This document shows, one piece after another, positions 1 to 10,674 of a stretch of 64,000 bases of DNA. The position numbers and the translations under genes are program-made. The stretch covers positions 96,001 to 160,000 of the forward strand of contig OZ250183.1 of assembly GCA_965238225.1 (NCBI GenBank), given 5' to 3'. Within the stretch, counting starts at the first letter, position 1; each line of letters starts with the position of its first letter. The notes beneath the pieces are model-generated. The model was not told the DNA's origin and did no database searches. It worked only from the letters and a program-made list of their open reading frames with translations. The DNA is from Gammaproteobacteria bacterium (GTDB lineage Bacteria > Pseudomonadota > Gammaproteobacteria > Eutrophobiales > Eutrophobiaceae).

Positions 1-121
1 AAAATGTGGAACCAACAACAATGATAAGCATAAATACCAATAAGGCGGCGCCTGTTTGTTTTTTAAATGGAATGAGATAGTGATTTTCCTTGTAGGAATT
101 TTTAATCATGACCACAAACAT
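1..121 (-). CDS. Partial prepilin-like (PilX/MshP-type minor pilin) protein running off the window edge
   Basis: Manual translation (ATG at 121 or 109): MIKNSYKENHYLIPFKKQTG^AALLVFMLIIVVGSTF. Class III signal-like KQxG followed by a hydrophobic stretch; lies downstream of the pilus assembly genes. Confidence 0.6.
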   Translation of the reverse strand, partial: MFVVMIKNSYKENHYLIPFKKQTGAALLVFMLIIVVGSTF

Positions 122-162
122 ATACTGCTATTTAACAAAAGAGTCAATTTTTTGCTGTTACC

Positions 163-663
163 TCATTTTGTCAATTTATTTATGATCGGTAATGCATCGT
201 CTTCTACAATATCACGCAAACTTTTATTGTTCGGTTCGTAAGTCTGCCCTGCCTTAAGATCAAATTTCAGACCAGCCTCTGGAACAGTGACAGATACTTT
301 CTCACTGTTAATATCGCTTGTGTTTACCTTGAGATATTCAGATGCGAAACTCCCTTCATAGCTGCTAGTGCCATTTAACCACGCGGTACTTTTTCCACCT
401 TTTCTGTAGACAATCCCATTTAAGGTAATTCCATCTATATCACGCGGCTTAGTTTTTTTCTCAACTACTTCAACAGGAATTTCAATTTTTTCTATGACCA
501 CAGGTTTTGGTTTTGGATAACGTAATATCTGAAAATTCTTCCTCTCTCGCGGCGTGGTAAATAATCGACCAAAATCATCAGATGCTGCTTGTGCATTTCC
601 TATACCGCTCAATACAGAGCTACATAAAAACAATATAAAAACAATAAATTTAAACGTATTCAT
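163..663 (-). CDS. Exported hypothetical protein of the MSHA-like pilus cluster
   Basis: Signal peptide ending AQA, FGRLFTTPRER motif, overlaps the upstream gene by 4 bp. Confidence 0.65.
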   Translation of the reverse strand: MNTFKFIVFILFLCSSVLSGIGNAQAASDDFGRLFTTPRERKNFQILRYPKPKPVVIEKIEIPVEVVEKKTKPRDIDGITLNGIVYRKGGKSTAWLNGTSSYEGSFASEYLKVNTSDINSEKVSVTVPEAGLKFDLKAGQTYEPNNKSLRDIVEDDALPIINKLTK

Positions 664-1283
664 GATATTTTTATTTCAGATCCATCTCCCATCTTGATAT
701 TTAACCATTGTAATTCACAATCTGCTCTGATATTTTTTGCATCATAACTCTTAACGAGAATTTTGTTTTTACGCGTGAATATACATTCTGTTACTGTGAA
801 CATGCCTTCTGCATGTTTGTTTATATCTTTTATCAAGCTTAATAAATCCTCTTCATGCAACATATCTATACCTAGCTTCATAGTGCTACCGTACAACATG
901 AATCTGCCAAGATTAATATTGAACTGCGGAGAATGTTTTTCTTGCGGTGAGATACTGTACGTCAATCCAAGTAATTTTATCCGTTCACTGGACGAGCGCA
1001 ATGTTTCAATCCAATTAAGTCTATGTTCTCCGCCAATTATACCTTCCTTATATAATCTAATAAATTCAGGATAATACTGTCTGATAATGTCTTCATTTTT
1101 ATCAACAGAAAGATATTGCTTGCTAACAGTAGTAAATCTTGATTTGTTTTTTTTATGTTCATTCAACATATCTTTTCTAAATGTCCAGCTTCCAATGACA
1201 GAAGCAAAACTTATCAAAGAAATAATAATAAAGGTTATAGTGCATGACCTTACCACTGGCCAGTCAAGTTCTTCACGTGTCAC
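660..1283 (-). CDS. PilO/MshJ-like inner-membrane pilus assembly protein
   Basis: Single N-terminal TM, coiled coil and periplasmic domain; follows the PilM/N-like gene. Confidence 0.55.
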   Translation of the reverse strand: MTREELDWPVVRSCTITFIIISLISFASVIGSWTFRKDMLNEHKKNKSRFTTVSKQYLSVDKNEDIIRQYYPEFIRLYKEGIIGGEHRLNWIETLRSSSERIKLLGLTYSISPQEKHSPQFNINLGRFMLYGSTMKLGIDMLHEEDLLSLIKDINKHAEGMFTVTECIFTRKNKILVKSYDAKNIRADCELQWLNIKMGDGSEIKIS

Positions 1284-2895
1284 TTCTCACCCCCAATACT
1301 ATTCTTACAGAAAAATCAGATTTGACCGCACTTTCTTTTAATGATCCTTGCATACTAGCATCAGAATTAACAACCAACGGTAATTTGATAACACTAACAT
1401 CATATACAGAATCTAAATTCTTAATAAATTCAGAAAACTTATTAATCGTCTTAAACGCTTCTCTATAGTTACCATCAAAACCTTCTATATAGGCATTAAG
1501 CAATGCGATTTGGTAATAGATAAAATCTGTTTCTGCATTGTTTACACCGCTAAAGTTAGACGCGCGTTGAATATCTTCTACGGCAATATTGTTTGATCCT
1601 CTACTGCCTGTTTCATAATTCGGATTTATATTTGCTGCCCACTGTATTTGGCTTATTTGTATATTGGGGAAAATATCCAAGCCATTACTAATTAGCTTAA
1701 ACATGTCAACAGGATTAGCTTTATATGTTTTTAAAACATTCTCTATATCAACAGCGATCTTTAGATCAGCAGGGTTAACAGGTAAAGCAGATATTTTTTC
1801 CTGTGCAGCTTCATATCTAGCGTTGTAGAAATCTACCCTCTTTGCGTCGTCTCTGAGCTGTTGTCTGTAGGTAACGCCTTCAAGCACATTCCAACCTCCC
1901 CAACTGATACCGCATAATATGAACAGAAAACTGGCGATCCTGAGTAATTCATTTATCCGTAACATCTGAAAATAACGCGTCTCTTTACTTACCGCGTAAT
2001 AATTTTTGCACTTATGCTTAAGTAGTTGATAAATAAAATACTTATCACTAAAAGGTGTCTTTACTTGTTCAACAAAGCCACATTTTTCAGACAGAACCTC
2101 AACATCTAATAAATGATAGCGAGTTGTCGGTGAATCGACATGAGTCTCGCCCAAGTCAGCCAATAATTCCTTATTGCCAAAAAAGTAAACATCCAAAATC
2201 TCGTTTTCCTTCATAAGGCGCGCGCCTTTTATGTAACGTCTAACCTTTATCAGCTCCTCTGCTAAAATAGGTGCATAGGGTTCTGCCCCATAACGTGGCA
2301 TTTTTACCAAGCGACTAAATTTAAGCGACTTGTCCATAAAAAAAGACTGCCGCAAACCACTAATACTTTGCAAACTGAAAATAAGTGTATTACCTGTTCT
2401 GTTGGGGATAATGCCATTTCTTTCTTGCAGCAGTAATGGAACCGATATCACGGCTACAACTGGAACTTTATGTTTTTCTAGTATCTTCAACCAAGGCTGA
2501 ATTACTGCCGGGTTAGTTATTGCTGAAAGCATGATACGGTCATCACGTCGGCCCAACTCTTTTCTCCCTTGAATTTCCATATACAGATAAGGGGTTCCGC
2601 GAAAAGCACGATTCTGTTTTCTTTCTATGAGCGCTTTTCTATCTACGCCAGAGGCATGGGGGATTGTATCTAGCAGGTATTCTTCTGCAGAAGTATCCAG
2701 CAATACATAAACGGGATCATTGCGAACCTCGCTTAAGTAACGACCAAAAAAATCAAAGCCTTCTTTTGATGCATCAAACAAATACGAACTTCCCAAGCTA
2801 TTATACATCCAGTGATAAACAGCTAACTTGTCTGAACTAACAAGCAGTGCTCTTCTTGCACAAGCTCTAAATTTTGATTTTAGTGATGAGATCAT
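1273..2895 (-). CDS. PilM/PilN-like (MshI-like) pilus assembly protein
   Basis: About 315-aa cytoplasmic region, one TM (IASFLFILCGISWGGW) and a periplasmic C-terminus; operon context. Confidence 0.55.
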   Translation of the reverse strand: MISSLKSKFRACARRALLVSSDKLAVYHWMYNSLGSSYLFDASKEGFDFFGRYLSEVRNDPVYVLLDTSAEEYLLDTIPHASGVDRKALIERKQNRAFRGTPYLYMEIQGRKELGRRDDRIMLSAITNPAVIQPWLKILEKHKVPVVAVISVPLLLQERNGIIPNRTGNTLIFSLQSISGLRQSFFMDKSLKFSRLVKMPRYGAEPYAPILAEELIKVRRYIKGARLMKENEILDVYFFGNKELLADLGETHVDSPTTRYHLLDVEVLSEKCGFVEQVKTPFSDKYFIYQLLKHKCKNYYAVSKETRYFQMLRINELLRIASFLFILCGISWGGWNVLEGVTYRQQLRDDAKRVDFYNARYEAAQEKISALPVNPADLKIAVDIENVLKTYKANPVDMFKLISNGLDIFPNIQISQIQWAANINPNYETGSRGSNNIAVEDIQRASNFSGVNNAETDFIYYQIALLNAYIEGFDGNYREAFKTINKFSEFIKNLDSVYDVSVIKLPLVVNSDASMQGSLKESAVKSDFSVRIVLGVRSDT

Positions 2896-4072
2896 ATATT
2901 GGACCTAATACGGAAAACATAACCCAGGCAATAATACTTCCAAGAATAACCGTCATTGCTGGTTCGACCATTGTTTGTAAACGTTCAACCGATTCTTTCA
3001 CATCTCGAGTATAAAAATAGTTAATGTTCTGCAGCGCAGCCTCCAGAGATCCAGAGCTTTCACCTACGCGCACCATCCTTAGCACTAACGGAGGAAACAG
3101 CTTGGTAGATTCAAAACTACCACTTAATGTTTTGCCATCAGAAATTCCAGCGCCAACCTGATGTACTGCTTCTTCCATCACCTTATTACCAACAATTTGT
3201 TCGCCTGTTTTAATGCATTCAAAAATAGTAATGCCCGATGCATACATTATGGCAAAAAAGCCCGAGAATCTTGCTAAGATTATTTTTCTGAGTATAGGAC
3301 CTATTACTGGAATATTGAGTTTTAACCAATCTATCTGACGACGAATTTTTGGGTTTGTTTTCGCACCAATTGACAATCCTATTGCGGCAACTGTAGGTAT
3401 AAAAATTATCATGTGCCAATAATTAACGAATATATCTGACACAAAAATGAGTGCTTTTGTATGGCCAGGAATCTCTTGACCCATATTTCGAATAAAGCTT
3501 AGTAATTCTGGAACCAGATAAATCATCATAAAAAATATTACCCCAACAACTATAGTTCCAACAAAGAGTGGATACATGAGTAGCTTTCTGGTCATTACCA
3601 TCTGCTCGTCCTGCCATTTTAAATGCTCTCCTAACTCAAAAAATACCTTTGTGATTTCGCCAGAATCTTCACCAGCCTTAACCAAGCTAACAAAAACCTC
3701 GGAAAAAACCATAGGATAGTCGCTCATGGATTCCGATAATGTTTTGCCACCTTCAACCGATTCACACATTGCTGCCAGAATTTCTCGCAGTCTTAGGTTT
3801 TCACTGCTGTCTCTTAGATCTTCTAGGCTCTCTAAGATAGGCACCCAGGCCTTTGATGTTTGTTCCAAATGAAAACAGAAAGTAATAAGATCTCTTCTCT
3901 TAATGCTGCCAGAACTCGCTTTTGCTCCTGTTGTCCCTAAATCTTTGCAGTTAATAAGATCAAGATCCATCTTCTGCAGCCGCATTTCCAGATCAGCAAT
4001 ATTTACTGCATCCATCTTACCGGCATTAAATTTACCTGCACTATCGACTGCTTTGTATTTAAAAACATTCAC
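2867..4072 (-). CDS. Type II secretion system F family platform protein (MshG/PilC-like)
   Basis: FKYKAVD start, LVKAGEDSG and MVRVGESSGSL repeats, MLEP-like MVEP motif, 3 TM segments. Confidence 0.9.
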   Translation of the reverse strand: MNVFKYKAVDSAGKFNAGKMDAVNIADLEMRLQKMDLDLINCKDLGTTGAKASSGSIKRRDLITFCFHLEQTSKAWVPILESLEDLRDSSENLRLREILAAMCESVEGGKTLSESMSDYPMVFSEVFVSLVKAGEDSGEITKVFFELGEHLKWQDEQMVMTRKLLMYPLFVGTIVVGVIFFMMIYLVPELLSFIRNMGQEIPGHTKALIFVSDIFVNYWHMIIFIPTVAAIGLSIGAKTNPKIRRQIDWLKLNIPVIGPILRKIILARFSGFFAIMYASGITIFECIKTGEQIVGNKVMEEAVHQVGAGISDGKTLSGSFESTKLFPPLVLRMVRVGESSGSLEAALQNINYFYTRDVKESVERLQTMVEPAMTVILGSIIAWVMFSVLGPIYDLITKIKI

Positions 4073-4079
4073 GAATTCA

Positions 4080-5801
4080 TCAAGATTTCTTTAATTTTAT
4101 GGAAAGATCGACCACTCTGGTAATCTCTTCAAGACTAGAAGAACCATCAATAATACGTGCCACACCGGCTTCTACCAATGTTTTAAAACCCTTCGACAAA
4201 GCAGCTCGTAACAATTCGTTTTGACTGCCTTTTCTGGCAAGAATTTCATCCAAATCACGATCAAATGTTAATATCTCTATCAAAGCCAAGCGCCCTTTAT
4301 AGCCCGTATTATCGCAGGCCTGACAACCTTTATTTTTATAGATTGATTGTTGTCTATCTGTTGCTTTCAAACCAAGCAACCCTTTTTCCAAGCCTCCTAT
4401 AGTGTAGGATTCACGGCATTTCTGGCAAAGTTTTCTGGCCAAACGCTGACCAATAACACCGATTAAATTACCTGCAAGAATATCGGGTTTGACACCAATA
4501 TCTAATAATCTTGGGATAGCGCCTATTGCAGAATTTGTATGCAGTGTTGAAAAAACCTGATGACCAGTCATTGCTGCACGCAGTGCCATGCTTGCCGTAC
4601 TTTCATCGCGGATTTCACCTACTAGAATAATATCTGGATCTTGGCGCATCAAAGATCGAATACCACCGGCAAAATCTAACTTGGCTGTTTCGCTTATTGA
4701 TGTTTGGCGTATCAGGTTGGTTGGATATTCCACCGGATCTTCAAGCGTCATAATATTTACTGACTCGGTATTAAGATAGCTTAATATCGAATAAAGTGTT
4801 GTTGTCTTACCGCTGCCTGTAGGACCAGTTGCCAAAATGATTCCTTCAGGTCTTGCTACCATAAATCTTAAATCGTTCATGGCATCTTCTTGTAAGCCTA
4901 GCTGCTCTATACTAACGATCCCCTTTTGTCTGTCGAGGATACGTAATACGATATTCTCACCATGAACTGTAGGTAATGTTGATACGCGAAAATCAACCTG
5001 GCGACCTGAAAAACTTAAGGAAATGTGTCCATCTTGCGGAGCACGAATTTCTGCAATATCCATTCCAGCCATAACCTTTACACGAACAGCAATTGCCGAC
5101 CAATAACTCTTGTGTAAACTACGGATTTGTCTCAACACGCCGTCAATGCGATAACGAAACCTGAGAAATCCTTCTTCTGGCTCAAAATGTATGTCTGAAG
5201 CCCCACGTTTCACTGCATCTGTTAATAGAGCATTCACCAGACGTACTACCGGCTGGCTATATTCATCACTTTGCATGCCCAGACTCTGATAGTCAATTTC
5301 ACCTGTCTCTATCTCCTTCAAAATACCGTCAACAGATAGTTCGAATCCATAAAACAGATCAATGGCTTTTTCTATTTCAGCCTCACCAGCAAGCAAAGGT
5401 ATGATTTCAATATCATGCCCAACATGAGCATTTATTTTATCTGTCAAGACAACATCGAATGCATCTATCACAGCAATGGTTAAGGTGTTGGTATCGCGCT
5501 CAAAAGTAAGCGGCAAAATACGCAGTTGCCGTGCTATATCCTTGGATATAAGGTCGATTGCATCACTATCTGGAATAACGTGTTCAAGGTCGACACTTTC
5601 CTGACCAATTGCGCCACCAATGACATCACGAATGATCGATTCTGTTGCAAACCCAAGACGCACTAAAATCTTGCCAAGCAGATCGCCACTTTTTTTTTGC
5701 TCAGTAAGCGCAATCTCTATCTGGTCAGAAGTTGTGGCTCCATGTCTAACGAGTATCTCGCCTAACTGAATATCTTTACTATGTGCGCCCGTTATTGTCA
5801 C
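4080..5801 (-). CDS. GspE/PulE family assembly ATPase (MshE-like)
   Basis: ASDIHFEP, Walker A GPTGSGKT, EDPVE, RQDPDIILVGEIRD, TGH, Zn-binding CxxC pairs; N-terminal MshEN-like region. Confidence 0.92.
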   Translation of the reverse strand: MTITGAHSKDIQLGEILVRHGATTSDQIEIALTEQKKSGDLLGKILVRLGFATESIIRDVIGGAIGQESVDLEHVIPDSDAIDLISKDIARQLRILPLTFERDTNTLTIAVIDAFDVVLTDKINAHVGHDIEIIPLLAGEAEIEKAIDLFYGFELSVDGILKEIETGEIDYQSLGMQSDEYSQPVVRLVNALLTDAVKRGASDIHFEPEEGFLRFRYRIDGVLRQIRSLHKSYWSAIAVRVKVMAGMDIAEIRAPQDGHISLSFSGRQVDFRVSTLPTVHGENIVLRILDRQKGIVSIEQLGLQEDAMNDLRFMVARPEGIILATGPTGSGKTTTLYSILSYLNTESVNIMTLEDPVEYPTNLIRQTSISETAKLDFAGGIRSLMRQDPDIILVGEIRDESTASMALRAAMTGHQVFSTLHTNSAIGAIPRLLDIGVKPDILAGNLIGVIGQRLARKLCQKCRESYTIGGLEKGLLGLKATDRQQSIYKNKGCQACDNTGYKGRLALIEILTFDRDLDEILARKGSQNELLRAALSKGFKTLVEAGVARIIDGSSSLEEITRVVDLSIKLKKS

Positions 5802-7645
5802 TACTGTAAATTGGCCTGACTAGACAATACATTAAGGCGGGAAATAACAACTGCCCTGTCAAAATTAGAAGTACTGGAACTTGCTACAGAAGTAGCCGCC
5901 AATTCCAACGCTACATTATAATAATCAACAGCCAATTGCTGTTGGCCAATATGTTCAAGACTGACAGCCAAATTAAAAGCATAACCAGCATTTGATGATT
6001 CTATTTTGTACGCATAAAAAAATGATTGTTGTGCCTCAGACCAGCGTCGCTGTATCGCATAAAGACGCGCTAAAGAATAATGTAAAAAAGAATTATCAGG
6101 ATCACTTTTCAAGAAAGTCTTGATAATATTTTCACTCTTGGGGTAATCTATGTTATCGGTAAAGTTTATCAATGCTACTTCTGCGTCACTGTCCTTAGGA
6201 TATAGTCTTAAGACTTCAAGATAAGCAGCATAGGCTTGGCGAGGGTTGCCTCTGCGTAGTGAGATCGCCGCCAACCCCAGTAATGCATCATGATTTTCAG
6301 ATGAATCATTTAAAACAAGCCGATAATTTTTTTCAGAAGAATCAAGATTACCTGCAAGATATTCTTCATAAGCTTTGTTGACCAAAATATCGTTTTTATC
6401 AACTGATTTTCTGCGACTTATTTTAACTAAGTCTGGATCAGGAATTATTTTTTCTGGCAAGGAGAGGGTAAAATCTTCGGTAGTATCATCTGCAGTATAT
6501 TTCTGCAAAAAGATATCATCTGACGCAACCTGAATTTCTTCATGTGTATCATCTATTATCTCGGTGTATGTATCATCTACTGTGCTGGTGTATGTATCAT
6601 CTACTGTGCTGGTGTATGTATCATCTACTGTGCTGGTGTATGTATCATCTACTGTGCTGGTGTATGTATTGGCAGAATACTTATGGGTTTTGGCATTGCT
6701 TTCTACTGCAGGTTTTTTTCGATCTTCACTAATAGTGTTATTCTCTTTCTCAATGAGATCGGTAATATCACCTGCAAACGAACTACTATTAAGCTCTGCA
6801 ACAGACGCTAATTTATCTGGTATTTCAATATCCTTGACAACCAATTGAGACTCGATTGAACGTTCTAGTGGGACAGTGTAGTTAAAAATAAGAAATAATG
6901 CGGCTGAGACAATAATAAGAAACAAAATAACAAAGGCACTCCATTTAAACATTTGGTCGTCGCCCTTTCTGGAAGTTGCTGTAAATATTGTTTTTGCAGC
7001 AACTGGCGTCAGGCTGCCGCCTATATCCTCTGCTAATTGTGCAGCAGAAACTGTTACACCTGAATATTCAGGCTTATCTGTAGCAGATAATAAACTCTCA
7101 ACATGAAGAGTGTTATCCGTTAGGACAGAAGATGCTTCGCTGATATGGAGATCAGTTGTTGTAAGTATTTGATCCTGATCTGCAATGATGGTGGACACAA
7201 CAGTTTCATCAATTTCTGATTTAATTTCAAGCTCATCTGTCTTGTCATCTTCTCCCTCGTCATTTCTTTGTTTGTCATTTTCTTCAATAGAGAATGGATC
7301 TGTTATAGATACTTCAGTGCGTGATAAGTCCTCGATTGAAGAATTACCATCTTCAACGCTTTCAGCGGGTGAAAGTGATAAATATTCCATCGTACTGGTA
7401 AGAGTCAGCTTGTCTGGATGCTCAGTAGATGCTGCTATCTCTTCATCTCTTTGAATGATCTCAGTTGCGCTACCTTCTGTGCCTAGCTCTTGTGTATGGG
7501 GTACATCTTGCTGCTCTTTATCTTCTTGGCACTCATTTTCTTGAGCCAATTGCTTTTCGGCCAGTTCTTCTTGCTTTTCTTTTAGAAGCTCCGCCGCCTT
7601 TTTCTCCAGTTCCGCCTTTTTCAAGGCATCCATCAACAGACTCAT
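5801..7645 (-). CDS. Membrane-anchored TPR protein (MshN-like)
   Basis: MSLLMDALKKAE start, acidic linker, one TM, C-terminal TPR repeats (YAFNLAVSLEHIG). Confidence 0.75.
   Translation of the reverse strand: MSLLMDALKKAELEKKAAELLKEKQEELAEKQLAQENECQEDKEQQDVPHTQELGTEGSATEIIQRDEEIAASTEHPDKLTLTSTMEYLSLSPAESVEDGNSSIEDLSRTEVSITDPFSIEENDKQRNDEGEDDKTDELEIKSEIDETVVSTIIADQDQILTTTDLHISEASSVLTDNTLHVESLLSATDKPEYSGVTVSAAQLAEDIGGSLTPVAAKTIFTATSRKGDDQMFKWSAFVILFLIIVSAALFLIFNYTVPLERSIESQLVVKDIEIPDKLASVAELNSSSFAGDITDLIEKENNTISEDRKKPAVESNAKTHKYSANTYTSTVDDTYTSTVDDTYTSTVDDTYTSTVDDTYTEIIDDTHEEIQVASDDIFLQKYTADDTTEDFTLSLPEKIIPDPDLVKISRRKSVDKNDILVNKAYEEYLAGNLDSSEKNYRLVLNDSSENHDALLGLAAISLRRGNPRQAYAAYLEVLRLYPKDSDAEVALINFTDNIDYPKSENIIKTFLKSDPDNSFLHYSLARLYAIQRRWSEAQQSFFYAYKIESSNAGYAFNLAVSLEHIGQQQLAVDYYNVALELAATSVASSSTSNFDRAVVISRLNVLSSQANLQ
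6563..6669. repeat. 24-bp in-frame tandem repeat (GGTGTATGTATCATCTACTGTGCT x4 plus partial) encoding TYTSTVDD
   Basis: Four exact copies start at 6563, 6587, 6611 and 6635; a partial copy at 6659; a degenerate copy just before 6563. Confidence 0.95.
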
Positions 7646-9310
7646 TTACTTGGACTCTGTCTCAACAGCTTGTTTTGTAGCTGCATTGTAAGAATCAAGA
7701 TATCTTTTGTAGCTGCTTAAATCGCCTTCAAGGCTAGGGTCGCTAATAACAGTTGGTTTTAGAAAGATAATCAGTTCTGTTTTTTTGTGTTGCGCAGATT
7801 CTGATTTGAATAAATTTCCGATAATGCCCAGATACTTAATACCAGGAAGTCCAGCATCGCTATCTTTTGTCTCATCTTGCATCAACCCGCCTAATACGCC
7901 AATTTGACCATCAGTCAATCTTAAAATCGATTCCATCTCCCTGACTGCAATCTGTGGCACTGGATTGGTTGTATTTTGTTTTGCGAGCTCGGGGTTCGGG
8001 TCATTAACAAACGAAGCGACTCTGGAAACAGTGGGTCTGATATTCAAGGAGATTATACCATCAGCAGAAATTTGTGGCGTAACGGACATCACAATACCCA
8101 CAGGGACTGTTTTAGCCGTTGTATCTATAACAGGTTGTCCTGGCTCGGCATCAATCCTAGTTGCTGGCGCTGATTCAGCATCAACTTCAAAATAAACAAT
8201 ATTTTCTACCACCTTGAGCAATGCTGTCTGGTTATTCAAAACCATGATTTGAGGACTGGACAATATCCTAGTATTACCAAATTCGCTCAACAAACTCACT
8301 GTTGCCGTTAAATTTTGTGCTTTAGACACTGGATTATCCACTGCTGATATCACAAACGAGCTTAACGCAGCAGGTGCAAGAGATGTGCCAGCTAAAGTTT
8401 TGGACACAAAACTAATGCCAGAACGTAAATTTTGATTTACAAATGACCAATCTACGCCAGCTTGGTATCTATTATTAAGCTCCACTTCAACAATGGTTAT
8501 TTGTATCAACACCTGCCGCTTTGCACTAACAAGCACGCGATCAATAAAGGATTTTATTTGCTCATGTTGTGCGGTGGTGGCATTGACGGTGAGAATACCA
8601 GACTCGGGATTAGGTATGACGGCATCAGTAGTAGAGATTCGTTTACTTCCTGCTTTTTTACCTGTTGCTCTCGTTACCTTTCCCCCCAATAATGCGGAAA
8701 TATTAGAAACTAATGTGCTCCAAAAATGATGTGTTGATTCTGTGCTTACATTTGTCGTTGAATTATTACCACTGCCACCGCTGGATCCAGTAGCACCGCT
8801 ACTGGTAGAAGAAATTTGTGTTGAGACAGTATTTGTGCTTGATGTGCCCCTAGATAGATTAACGTAATCAATGGTGTATGTTCTGAAAAATGGATCGTCT
8901 GGCTGAATATAAAGGTTGCCTGCAGATAATTCGTATCTCAAATCTACTTGGCGTACGATGCGATCAAGAATCTGGGGTAAAGTTTGATCTATGGCATTCA
9001 TCGTAACCGCACCGTCTATTTCTGAATGAATATCGACATTGATCTGAGCATCTCTAGCCAAGGCAAACAATAATTCTTTAACCGAGACTTCATTAACAAC
9101 CACTGTATATTTTTCAAGTTCAATAGCAGGTCCAGGAGCTGGCAATATGGGTGTTTGCTTCACCAGCTCAGGGATATCGCCTAAAGTCAGAGCCTCGTCG
9201 TTAATGTGGCTTGCGGAGGGAATAAATGGCTGCGGTTTGATCCCTGAACCTGAACAAGCGCTTAGAAATGAAAGTATTGATAAACTAATGATTAATATAA
9301 ATTTTTTCAT
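7646..9310 (-). CDS. mshL: Outer-membrane secretin, MshL-type lipoprotein
   Basis: Lipobox LSAC, Ser/Thr-rich insert, QVLIQITIVEV, LSSPQIMVLNNQTA, GGLM and KTELIIFLKP secretin motifs. Confidence 0.85.
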   Translation of the reverse strand: MKKFILIISLSILSFLSACSGSGIKPQPFIPSASHINDEALTLGDIPELVKQTPILPAPGPAIELEKYTVVVNEVSVKELLFALARDAQINVDIHSEIDGAVTMNAIDQTLPQILDRIVRQVDLRYELSAGNLYIQPDDPFFRTYTIDYVNLSRGTSSTNTVSTQISSTSSGATGSSGGSGNNSTTNVSTESTHHFWSTLVSNISALLGGKVTRATGKKAGSKRISTTDAVIPNPESGILTVNATTAQHEQIKSFIDRVLVSAKRQVLIQITIVEVELNNRYQAGVDWSFVNQNLRSGISFVSKTLAGTSLAPAALSSFVISAVDNPVSKAQNLTATVSLLSEFGNTRILSSPQIMVLNNQTALLKVVENIVYFEVDAESAPATRIDAEPGQPVIDTTAKTVPVGIVMSVTPQISADGIISLNIRPTVSRVASFVNDPNPELAKQNTTNPVPQIAVREMESILRLTDGQIGVLGGLMQDETKDSDAGLPGIKYLGIIGNLFKSESAQHKKTELIIFLKPTVISDPSLEGDLSSYKRYLDSYNAATKQAVETESK

Positions 9311-9579
9311 ATTTTATTGTCCATAATCATTTTATTGTCCGCGATCACAGTTTAAAGGGTTAAGCCATTTCTTGAGTATAAACTAAAAAATTATAATATT
9401 GCTATGAGTACTTAATATTTCAAGGTTTTTTACAAATTATTCTGTTCAAATCCAGCTTTCTAATAGGCGAATCTATCAGGGTCTAGAATTTAATGAGTCT
9501 TAATAACGCATCATCTGCAATATTTCAATGCCTGAGACTGTTTTATTTCGCTGTCTCAAGTATAAACAAAACCTTTCCA

Positions 9580-10671
9580 TCACTTAGACAAATATTTTGT
9601 TTCAACTTGTTCTTTGTAAGCACTGCGCTCTATCGCCTCACCATTAACCGACCTGTCCAAGCTAGAGACCCATAACAACACGTCCTCGGATAAAGTATCT
9701 ACTGATTTTTGGTGTTTCGAAGTGGCAAATAGTTTTTGTATTATTTGTGCTCCCTGAGTGATTTTTTGAGCAATTTTTTCCGGAAAAACGAAACCTGTAA
9801 TCATAACAAAGCATATCAAGAAAGCCATGGATACCATGGCTGATGTCAAAAATATTCTGCGTTTGATAAATTCGCTATCGCGTGCAGCAATATGCACATG
9901 TTTTGATGTTACCTTGTGCGTATTTGAAGCATAAGCAGCAAGCAAGGCTTTGTCCGCCAAAATATTGATTCGTCTTAACAAACCTTTTGAATATTTTGAA
10001 ATGGCACGCACTGCAGAGAGAGAGAAAACATCTCCTGATCGATATCCACAGGCTCGCATCCGAGAATTCAAATAATCCTTAACCTCATCACCCTTAAAGG
10101 GCGCTAACTGAAAACTATAGGTAATTCTTTCCTTTAACTGCCTAATGTCCTTTGTCGCTATCTTCTCATCAAGCTCAGGCTGCCCAAATAGCACAATTTG
10201 CAACAATTTATTTTGCGTAGTCTCCAGATTACTAAGCAATCGAATCTCCTCAAGCGTGGCAATAGGCATACTCTGAGCTTCTTCAACAAACACAACAATT
10301 TGTCGGTTATTAGCATGTCTTTCAAGCAAATAATTTTGCAATTCATTCATCACCTTCAAACGATTATCTGTTTCAGTGACAGCAAGCTTTAACTCAAAGG
10401 CAATGACATGCAGTATGTTGTCAGGAGACAAACTAGGATTAGCGAGATAAACAATTTCGATATTTTCAGGCAACTCAATTTCCAACATCCTGCAAAGCAT
10501 GGTTTTCCCAGTGCCAACTTCTCCTACGACCTTGACGATACCTTCACCTTCTACGATGCTATAGATAAGCGCATCAAGTACAGCACCACGGTTTCCTTGA
10601 GGAAAAAACAGATTAGTATCCGGCGTAATTTTAAAAGGTGGTTGCTTTAGTCCGAAGTATTTGTAGTACAT
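9580..10671 (-). CDS. ExeA/MshM family AAA ATPase
   Basis: MYYKYFGLKQPPFKITPD start, GEVGTGKT, VEEAQ, LFGQPEL, C-terminal TM. Confidence 0.9.
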   Translation of the reverse strand: MYYKYFGLKQPPFKITPDTNLFFPQGNRGAVLDALIYSIVEGEGIVKVVGEVGTGKTMLCRMLEIELPENIEIVYLANPSLSPDNILHVIAFELKLAVTETDNRLKVMNELQNYLLERHANNRQIVVFVEEAQSMPIATLEEIRLLSNLETTQNKLLQIVLFGQPELDEKIATKDIRQLKERITYSFQLAPFKGDEVKDYLNSRMRACGYRSGDVFSLSAVRAISKYSKGLLRRINILADKALLAAYASNTHKVTSKHVHIAARDSEFIKRRIFLTSAMVSMAFLICFVMITGFVFPEKIAQKITQGAQIIQKLFATSKHQKSVDTLSEDVLLWVSSLDRSVNGEAIERSAYKEQVETKYLSK

Positions 10672-10674
10672 ACC

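Noticed and set aside
3845-3847. Trp in place of Gly in the GspF AGVP motif
   Set aside because: A single substitution in an otherwise intact gene; cannot be distinguished from error or tolerated variation.
6542-6848. Three plus-strand repetitive ORFs (e.g. CIIYCAGV repeats)
   Set aside because: Antisense shadows of the 24-bp repeat inside the TPR gene.
9516-9533. Sigma-54 promoter upstream of the secretin gene
   Set aside because: GG and GC are 12 nt apart rather than the required 10.
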